Positions 54,099 to 64,000 of a DNA stretch of 64,000 nucleotides are shown here, piece after piece. Positions within the stretch are counted from its first letter, which is position 1. Each line of letters starts with the position of its first letter. This DNA comes from Octopus sinensis. Its lineage: Eukaryota. Both the position numbers and the translations under genes were made by a program. The notes under the pieces were generated by a model. The model was not told the DNA's origin and made no database searches. It saw only the letters and a list, made by a program, of their open reading frames with translations. The stretch lies in the NCBI RefSeq assembly GCF_006345805.1, contig NW_021835955.1, positions 62,001 through 126,000 of the forward strand, read 5' to 3'.

Positions 54099-54162
54099 CA
54101 ATTTGTCTGATGACAGAATATCCCATACTCGGGGATATCCCAGAAACATCTGTAAGACATTG
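54099..54162 (+). ncRNA. Type I hammerhead motif with intact core
   Basis: CAATTTGT-CTGATGA-cagaATATCCCatactcgGGGATATccca-GAAA-CATCTG-TA-AGACATTG: 7-bp helix II and GUA triplet; helix I is partly eroded. Confidence 0.6.
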
Positions 54163-54524
54163 AATGTTTTCCAGTAATAATATTGTATAAGACTTGAGCT
54201 GTTTGCCTTGCCTTAATATTTGTTGTCTTCTTTAACAATTATATATCCACTATATTGGAAATCTGCAATGGCTCCGTAACTACCATCTCAGCTACAACCT
54301 TGGAGCACTAATAATCTATTACAACATTTATTTAGTGTACCTAATCATTTAGATCACCTGTGAACTAAACCCCATACTTTGTATGTATATATATCTTTTT
54401 TCTCTTTATATATATTATATATTATATATATATTATTATAATATATATTATTATATATATTATTACAATATATATAATATATATTATAACATATTTATTA
54501 TATATTATGTATATTATAATATAT

Positions 54525-54780
54525 CTATATCTATAAAAGGCAGGATGTGTGTGTGTACATGAAAATTTTTTGCGCATCCACAAATTAGCATGCATGTCAC
54601 TCCAATTTTAGGAGGACATTGGTCACGACCATTGCTGTGCTTTTGTCAACTTATTTTTCCTGTGGCACACCCGGATAGTGGTAAAAATAGCTTTTCACAA
54701 CCATAACTTTTACCAATTTTCACGCCAGTGAAATCCGTAAGTTTGCTAACATGAGCTAAGTCCCCTGTTTTATAGATTAA
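54525..54780 (+). mobile_element. Helitron-like non-autonomous repeat, 5' part
   Basis: Starts ATCTATATCTATAAAAGGCAGGATGTGTGTGTG. A reverse-complement homologue lies at ~36438-36675. No 3' CTAG hairpin was identified. Confidence 0.55.
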
Positions 54781-55077
54781 TTCACCCTAATACAATGTCT
54801 CCAAAAACAAAATTAGATTTGGACTACCTAGGCAATCTCAGTGTAGAAAAAGTGAAAGAGCTGAAGAGACTGACTATCAGCAGACCCATTAGTAAAATAT
54901 AACTTTTTGGGCCAAAACCTGGCAATAAGAGCTTGCAGATATTCTGCTACAAAACATTCAATAATATCGAAGCAGAAACTTTCATAAATCAGAGTATAAT
55001 TTTTGAAAACTCTTTCTGAACCCAGTCAACAATGGGTATTTCTGCTAGTATATTATATATCATTATATATATATATA

Positions 55078-55204
55078 GGCGCAGGAGTGGCTGTGTGGTA
55101 AGTAGCTTGCTAACCAACCACATGGTTCCGGGTTCAGTCCCACTGCATGGCATCTTGCCTTGTGAGTGGATTTGGTAGACGGAAACTGAAAGAAGCCTGT
55201 CGTA

Positions 55205-55249
<45 letters not shown>

Positions 55250-55470
55250 GTGTGTGTGTTTGTGTGTCTGTGTTTGTCCCCCTAGCATTGCTTGACAACC
55301 GATGCTGGTGTGTCTACGTCCCCGTCACTTAGCGGTTTGGCAAAAGAGACCAATAGAATAAGTACTGGGCTTACAAAGAATAAGTCCCGGGGTCGATTTG
55401 CTCGACTAAAGGTGGTGCTCCAGCATGGCCGCAGTCAAATGACTGAAACAAGTAAAAGAAAAGAAAAGAA
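55078..55470 (+). mobile_element. tRNA-derived SINE family A (internal (TA)/(TG) microsatellite, CR1-type 3' tail), representative copy
   Basis: Box A TGGCTGTGTGG, box B GGTTCAGTCCC, tail GGTGCTCCAGCATGGCCGCAGTCAAATGACTGAAACAAGTAAAAGA. Other copies at ~2687-3095+, 10260-10670+, 17465-17620-, 19900-20070-, 21095-21525-, 24020-24510+, 40190-40420+, 43225-43530-, 58800-59060+, 62470-62812-. Confidence 0.9.
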
Positions 55471-56198
55471 TATTATAATAATACATATAAATATACAATA
55501 TATGTAATATGTATATTCTTATATACATTTGGTTGTTAGATAAATTCATTAACTTTTCCATTTATTCTAATCCTTACATTTCATCAACAGTTTTAACAAA
55601 TCAGTGTCAATAATATATTCCCCTTTCTTCATAAGTTCTTGCTGACATTCATCTAGCTTTTGCAGTTTCACATTATTGTTGAAGGAAATACCTCACAGAC
55701 TGTTGGTAAGCAACTGGAAAGGGTACTTTATGGGGAGAATTTGGTGGGTATTGGTAGAACTTACCAATTTTGGTCCTTAAATAAAATTTTTAGCAAATTA
55801 GAAATGTGATGAACTGTGTCACTATTCAGATTGCTGGGCCTTACCCATCACATGGGTGATGGCTATCAGGGAACATACTATCTGTTGGACCAACTGATTA
55901 TTAATCAACTCAGATTCTCATGGATGAGCTTGTTCAATCATTTCTCCTTGAAATAAAGAGGCCAGACAAACTATGGTGAGACTGAGATGCTCAATTTACT
56001 ATCTTTGAACTGCATAAACAATTTCTGGTGTAAACCATTTATTTGCAATCTTTTAGTAATAGCAGCTACGATAAAACTATAATGAAATTATTTTGCATGT
56101 TACTTCAAATACTGTTAGAAAGAAATGGACAAATTTATCCAACAACCAATTCATATACCATGTATATATGTACATATCATTTACATACATATATATTT

Positions 56199-56233
<35 letters not shown>

Positions 56234-56324
56234 AATTTAGGTAGCAAAAAAATTCAATAGAAATTTATCGCAACCAGCTGCTCTTTCTGGTGGACGAGTG
56301 ACCTGTTGGGGTCACTCCTAAATC

Positions 56325-56368
<44 letters not shown>

Positions 56369-56393
56369 GTATATATATGTATGTATATATATG

Positions 56394-56472
<79 letters not shown>

Positions 56473-56666
56473 TATAATATATATATATTAATGTTTAGTT
56501 TTATGTTCAGTTGGCATAAAAATAGTTTTACATTAATCTGAAGGGTTATTCTATACTTTTGTAGAGTCCAATGTTAGTGTTCTTTAATGCTGACAATACT
56601 ATTCTTGTTAAAGAATAATAAATACATGAATATCATATATGTATAATGCATATGTATGTGTATATG

Positions 56667-56707
<41 letters not shown>

Positions 56708-56762
56708 GTATGAGGTATGTATATATTTATATATATATGATATATCTATATGTAGTTATATA

Positions 56763-56828
<66 letters not shown>

Positions 56829-56989
56829 TGTATGCATATGTGTGTGTAGATATATATATACATGTATAAATTGTCCGTGTATAAATAGACATAGATTGAG
56901 ATAGATAGTAATATCAATAATAGATATATGTATGCTTATATAATTCTCTCTATATAGATTAAATATGGGAATGTATGTATATATATATA

Positions 56990-57066
<77 letters not shown>

Positions 57067-57581
57067 TTATGCACATTCACACACATTCACACACACATAT
57101 ATAACATAAGTGTGTCTATGCATGTAACATTACTTTGAATTCGTTGTTCTCTTAGAAGTTGGTATGCAAATAAGATGTATTTTGATTTGATCATTTACAG
57201 AGAGGGCAGGTGTAGTGCACAGGCATTTGTTTTCCTTTCTTTTTAAGCTTCAGTGGAAACTTGATAAAATAGCGTGCTTGTTAGCCGCATGTGAGGAAAC
57301 CATCACATTATTTCCATGTTTATCTATGTGTCATTCTTGACTGATGGACAAACATGTGTTCAGTTATTCATATATTTTGTACATTTCCATATTTATTGCT
57401 TGATATATTGAAGAGTAAAATAACACATGAAATATAACTATTTGTGACATTATTTTGGTTGTCTTTATTCATTTATCTGTCTGTCTATGATGGGTTTTTA
57501 TTTCATATATTTTTTGTTATTTTACTACAATATCATGGGTTTCTTTATTTTTGTTTTGCACTACTTGTGTGTGTGTCTGTG

Positions 57582-57673
<92 letters not shown>

Positions 57674-57755
57674 CATATACATCTATAAAACAGATATATG
57701 TACATCCATCCATTCATCCCTCCATCCATCAATCACTCCATCCATCCATCCATCC

Positions 57756-57832
<77 letters not shown>

Positions 57833-59899
57833 CAAGAATTCTTGTATATTGTATCTTCCGTCTTTCATTTGCCATATATATATATATGTGTTTGTGTGTG
57901 TGTGTGTGTGTGTGTCTATCCTTTCATTTTTGGGGGCAGATGCCTCAGAATATGCTCATCAAAGCAAGCTACTTACCACACAGCCACTCCTGCACCTTTT
58001 TTAAAATTTGTTACAATAAACCTTTCTGCTAAAGGCACAAGGCCTGGAATTTTTCGGGAGGGTGCTAGTTGATTACATTAAACCCAGTGTTCAACTGGTA
58101 TTTATTTTATCACCTACCCCCCACAAAAGGAAGAAAGTCCAAGTTGACCCTGATGGAATTTGAACTCAGAACATAAAGATGGATGAAATACTGTTAAGCA
58201 TTTTACCCAGCTCAATGCCTCAACAATAATAATACCTGGAATTTGAGGAGAGGGGGATAGCCGATTACATCAATCTCAGTACTTGACTGGTATTTAATTT
58301 ATCGACTCTGAAAGGGTGAAAAGCAAAGCTGACCTCGACAGAATTTGAACTCAGATTGTAGCAACGGGCAACTACCGCTAAGCATTTTTGCTAGGCAAGC
58401 TACTGATTCTATCAGCAATAATAAGGTTTCTGATTTGGGCACAGAACTAGAAAATTTGAGGAGTGGTATTATAAGTACTTGACATGTACAATATTTTATT
58501 GATCATTCTCTACCATGGCCACCACTAATAAAAAAAAAAAACAGAATGAAAAATGAACTTGGCCTCATTAGGATTTGAAACTAGAATGTAAAGAGCTAGA
58601 ACAAATGTTACATTTTTTTTATGATACTCCACTGATTCTGCCTGCTCTTCACCTTCCATATGGCTTCTGCTCTTTACCCACTTCCACCTCTCCCCATACT
58701 ACTACTGCTACTACTACTATGATGATGATGACAATGATGAAGGTGATAGTATTAATTGATCTATATTTTGGTAAAAGGCTAGCAATTCTGAGGGGAGAAG
58801 CAAGTGCCACTGGGTTCAGTCCTACTTCGTGGCACCTTGAGCAAGTGCCTTGTACTATATAATTCCTGTACTCACTAAAGCCATGTGAGTAGATTTCAGA
58901 GACAGAAACTAAAAGAAGCTGTCGTGTGTATGTGTGTGTGTTGTGCATGTCTTTGTGTTTGTTCCAAACTGGGATCAGTTTGTTCGACCAAACCCTTCAA
59001 GCTGGTGCCCCAGTATGGCTACACTCCACTAACTGAGACAAGTAGATTAAAAGAAAATGAAAAGAAAAAATTTACTAACAATTCAAATATAATCACAAGA
59101 GTAGTACCCTCTGCATTTCGGACTATTCTATCCAATGTAAAAGGATAAAGAGTAAAAAACCCCTTTGGGGTTATGAATGACCATAAGATTGCACCTAGTA
59201 AGTTTCCCTCCAAGGCACTAGTCTGTGCCAGATTGTTTATGGAAGACCTGCAGTCACCCATGCATATCAGCCTCCCATGTTGTCCAAGGGAAAAGCAAAG
59301 ACTGATACGGCTTGTTCACCAGTGACATCACAACTCATTGCTACAGCTAAGTGAATGGAGCAATATGAAATAAAGTATCTTGCTCAAGAACACAACACAC
59401 AAGCCTGGTCCAGAATCGAACTCACTACCTCATGACTGTGAGACCAACACTCTAGCCACTGAGCCATGCAATGTAATGCTTATTTATTCACATTTTTTTA
59501 ATCAATCATTCATTAACTCATGATGTAATTGTTTATATTTACAATGACATTATAGGGTAGGTGTGAGAAGTCAGATCTGGCTGGTGTGAACATTATACAG
59601 GTAGAATGTTTTGGCCGGATATGGCCAGTTTAAATGCTGAAAAGTTAAGCAATGAAGTGAATATCCTTCACTCACTACAAGTTAGTTTTGTTTAAATAAT
59701 TGGATCAAAACATTTTTACCTTTTTTATACATAGTTAACAATTAAAAATGCCTCATTCATATTGTTGCCAGCAGGTATGGTATATAATCTGCTTATTCAG
59801 AGATATATTAATTGTTATTGTCATCATCATCGTCGCCGCCGTTGTCATCATCTCACCAGCCTCATCCTTGTCATCATCATCTTTTACTTCATTATCATC

Positions 59900-61240
59900 A
59901 TCATCATCACATCATCATCTCTTCTTTTCCTTCCTCTCTTCCCTCTTCTTCTTCTTCTTCTCTACCCTTCCCCCTTCTCTACCACTTCTTCTCCTTCTCT
60001 CGCCCTCCTCTTTTCTCTTCTAACTCCACTCTCCTCCTTCATCTTCTTCTTCTTCTTCTTCTTCTTCTACAGAGAGAGGGAGATAGATACATAATTTAAC
60101 TTTCACTTTTCCTTTTTACCTTCAATTCTTTGTCCCCACCCCATTTCTTTCCTCTACATCACGTTAATTTATTTCTTTACATCTTACCCTTTCTTTTCTC
60201 TATTCTCACTTATTCTTTCTTTTCATCTTCTTCTTCCTGTATTCTTCAAACATCTGTGATTTCCTTCTTTTTCCCTTCACTGGAGATTTTACTCTCTCCT
60301 CAATTTTCTTCCTTGTAAATGCTATATTTCTGATGTCCTCACTTCCTAGATCTCCCCAACTCTAGTTCTTTCTCTTTCTCTCTGTATCTATCCCCTCTGT
60401 CTGTATTTATCCCTCTCTCTCTCTCTCTGTATCTCTCCACATTTCTATCATTCCTTCTTTCTCAGTATTTATGTCCCTCTCTCTGTATCTATCCCTTTCT
60501 CTCTGTGTCTATCACCCTCTCTCTCTCTCTCTCTCTCTCTGTATCTATCCCCCTCTCTCCGTATCTATCCCTCTCTCCTCTCCCTGTATCTCACCCCCTC
60601 TCTCTGAATCTCAACCCACTCTCTGTTTCCCTCCCCTTTCTCTCTGTATTCATCCCCCTCTTTGTATCTCACCCCCTCTCTAGTAGCCATCTCCCTCTCT
60701 CTATATCTACCCTCTCTCTCTCTCTCTGTATCTCTTCCCTCTTTCTATATCTACCCCCTCTCTTTGTATCTCTCCCTCTCTCTCTGTAGCTTGCCTGTCT
60801 CTGTATCTATTTCTCTCTCCCCTCTCTCTGTATTTAGCCCGTCTTTCTCTCCCTCTCCCTCCTCTCTCTCTTCCCATATGACTTCTGATTCTGTTTCTTC
60901 CTTCAGACCCTTTCTCAGCCTCTCCTCTTCTACTCCTTAAATCCATGGTCTCCCTCTACCTTCCACACCTAATATATTTTGGCTCTCTTTTAAATGGCAT
61001 CTGATTTTCTTTGCTACCTCACTTCATCCACATGCTTCTCCTCTCCTTGCTCATCTTCCACTACCCCTTCTTTTTCTTCCTCTTTATTTTCATCTGTTAT
61101 CCTCTACCCTTTGATTGTTAATCAGCTTTCTCTCTCTCTCCCTCTCCTTCTTTATCTATTTTCTCCCCCTCTCACTCTCTCACATTCTCTTGCTCTATCT
61201 CCCTCTCCTATTTATTCATTTATTTATCTATTTTTACTTT
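59900..61240 (+). repeat. ~1.3-kb polypyrimidine low-complexity tract, including a degenerate CTCTCTCTGTATCTATCCC minisatellite (~60370-60840)
   Basis: Seen directly. Confidence 0.9.
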
Positions 61241-61355
61241 ACTGACAAAGTGACCAAGTGAGTTATATCCCTTGAGTTAACACTGGTCAGCGGTTAGGTC
61301 CAAGTGGCTGAAATAGCAGTCAGTGACTGGACAATGTCATACTATTTATATTTGT

Positions 61356-62258
61356 TCAGTAAATTTAAAATATTTTAGTAACTAACATATTAAAACATAT
61401 AGTAAGTCTTATTGTTTTTTCAACACAATCCAGGATATCTTGAAATTAAAATTTTAAATATATTTCCTAGTTTTAAAATTTAAGGGTTAATTTTTAAAAA
61501 TTTCATTTAAAGGTATAATATTTTTGTACCAAATATGAGGAATCTGGTTTTTGGAATACAAGATGATTAATTCTTTTATTCTTTTATTTATTTCAGCCAG
61601 TTGACTGTGGCCATGCTGGAGCATTTTATTTCAGTAAGAATTTCATTTAGTAACAAGCACATTAAAACATAATATAGTTAGTCTTAATGTTTCAAATAAT
61701 TTCCAACATAATCCAGAATATTTTACTCTCTGTCTTTTTACTCTTTTACTTGTTCCAGTCATTTGACTGTGGCCACACTGGAGCACCACCTTTAGTCGAG
61801 CAAATCGACCCCAGGACTTATTCTTTGTAAGCCTAGTACTTATTCTATCGGCCCCTTTTGCTGAACCGCTAAGTTATGGTGATGTAACACACCAGCATCG
61901 GTTGTCAAGTGACACACATACATATATACAACACACATATATATATATACATATATACGACAGGCTTCTTTCAGTTTCCATCTAACAAATCCACTCTCAA
62001 GGCTTTGGTTGACCCTAGGCTATAAGTAGATGACACTTGCCCAAAGTGACACACAGTGGGACTGAACCCGGAACTTTGTGGCTGGTAAACAAGCTACTTA
62101 CCACACAGCCACTCCTATGCCTATTGTGAAATTAAAATTTTAAATATATTTCCTAGTTTTAAAATTTAACTGTTAATTTTTTAAAATTCCATTTAATGGT
62201 ATTATATTTTTGTATCAGATATCAGGAATCTGGTTTTTGAAACACAGGGTGATAAATG
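61356..62258 (+). repeat. Local tandem duplication of a ~215-bp AT-rich unit
   Basis: TGAAATTAAAATTTTAAATATATTTCCTAGTTTTAAAATTTAA at 61441 and 62127. Upstream TCAGTAA...ATTAAAACATA...AATCCAG at ~61356 and ~61631. Confidence 0.85.
61722..62123 (-). mobile_element. SINE family A copy inserted in the second unit of a local tandem duplication
   Basis: Matches the family A consensus; its flanks join to reproduce 61420-61460. Confidence 0.88.
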
Positions 62259-63391
62259 ATATCTTTTTTCATCTTTAAGTTAGAATTTTACATCATCCTT
62301 TTCTCAATAACATTATTATATACTACTTATGTTTTAAAAATCTCTATATAAATGATTAATTACTTGTAAATCTTAATGATATGATAGTGAAATAGAAACT
62401 GAGTAGGGGAAAGAAACTAACAATATATTGCATATTCAGTAACACATACATATATATCTTTTATCTATTATCATTTACTTGTTTCAGTCATGAGACTGTG
62501 GCCATGCTGGGGAACCTCCTTGAACAATTTTTAGTTGAAAGAACTGAACCTTGTAAGTACATATTTATTTTAAGCTTGGTACTTATTCCATAAGTCACTT
62601 TTCCTGAATGACTAAGCTCCAGGGAACCTGATCACACCAACACTAGTTCTCAAGTAGACAAGGGGCGAATGCACACACATATGCTCAATGCCCATCTTTC
62701 AGCCAAGGCTATATAGCAGAAGACTCTTACTCAAGGTGTCATACAGTGGGACTGAACTCAGAACCATGTAATTGGGAAGCAAGCTTCTTATCACACAGCC
62801 ATGCTTGTGCCTATATAATAACAAATATTAGAGATATTGTTGAATATAATTATTACATCATCATTAAGAATTAAATTACTAATGAGAACTGACAGTAAAA
62901 TATTCCCAAATTTTATCAAAACTATAGTGATATTAATGCTATGGTAACAAAAATATTACAGAAAATACAAGCGTCATAAATTATATACATATATCTACAA
63001 GCATGTGTTTATTGTTTGTGTATATACGTACACACATGCATACATATATATGTTTTTGTGTATCTATATATATAAAAACATATAGGTATGTGTTTATATC
63101 AAGTATGTGTGTGTATATATATATATATATATATAGCATACATATATAGATAGATTGATATAGATGAATATGCATATGTATAAACATATATATATAACAT
63201 ATATATCATCATTTAACATCCCCTGTAAACAGCTTTCTCTCTATGTATATGTGTGCATGTGTATATACATATACATGCATATATACATACATTTATACCT
63301 ATATATATACATATACATATATAGAGTAAGCACATAAATATGAAACAAGGTGGAAAAAATAGTACTTAAATACCAGAGGTAGAGTAATATG

Positions 63392-63493
63392 CTTTATTAA
63401 AAAGCAGCAAAAGTCACAAAAACTGTCCAATGAAAGAGAACATGAAACTCTGAGTAACAGCTTTTGTGATATTTTTGCTGCTTTTCAATAAAG
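63392..63493 (+). ncRNA. Decayed hammerhead motif closed by a ~35-bp helix I
   Basis: CTTTATTAAAAAGCAGCAAAAGTCACAAAAACTGT-CCAATGA-AAGAGAACAT-GAAA-CTCTGAG-TA-ACAGCTTTTGTGATATTTTTGCTGCTTTTCAATAAAG. Confidence 0.55.
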
Positions 63494-64000
63494 TACATAT
63501 AAACACACAGTACACACACACACACACGAATATATATGCTTATATAATTATGCATGTTTACACACACACACACACACACACGCACACGTATACACTTATC
63601 TGACTGAGTGGACAAACGAAAGATAGAGGTGCTCAACACATCTGTTTGAAGTTACATATATCATTATTAAATAAATGTAATAACATTTTTATTTGACTCT
63701 TCATGAGCTAGGTTTGTAAGATGAGGTTGCAAAACTTTAAGTTGCATGAAGCCAAATCAGCCTATTATTAAATAATAACAACACAACAACAATAATGATA
63801 ATAATAATGATAATAATAATGATAATAATAATAAAAATAATAATGATAATATAATAATAATAATAATAAATAATAAATAATAATAATAATAATAGTAATA
63901 ATAATAGTAATAATAATAGTAATAATAATAGTAATAACAATGATGATGATGATGATGATATCAACAACAAAAATAATAATAATAAGTAATAATAATGATA

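Noticed and set aside
59500-59650. Possible piggyBac-like MITE end (AAATGCTGAAAAGTTAA) and hAT-like starts (CAGTGGTTCT at ~25341, CAGTGTTTCTCAAA at ~35389)
   Set aside because: Only one end is visible in each case, with no partner TIR or TSD.

Overview
Very AT-rich eukaryotic intergenic or intronic DNA, dense in microsatellites and SINEs. The repeat landscape strongly suggests an octopod cephalopod (Octopus-like); this is inference from recalled repeat families, not a search result. I found no convincing host exon, and almost all listed ORFs are microsatellite artefacts. The dominant coding feature is a near-full-length CR1-group non-LTR retrotransposon (~45.7-50.1 kb, +). It has a tandem-monomer 5' region, a frameshifted ORF1 (Myb/SANT-like plus CCCH finger), and an APE+RT ORF2 broken by one in-frame stop. 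Its 3' hairpin is shared, with compensatory base changes, by the most abundant SINE family here. Also present: decayed RTE, Tc1 and mariner remnants, MITE/foldback elements, Helitron-like non-autonomous repeats and at least four SINE-like families. The most notable hidden signal is a set of minimal type I hammerhead-ribozyme motifs of the Penelope-like-element kind (~0.6-1.1, 3.4, 4.1, 9.0, 52.6, 54.1 and 63.4 kb). These include a repeated palindromic element carrying two back-to-back hammerheads and a C-C-G-A-C-G-A core variant. All alignments were done by eye and boundaries are approximate.
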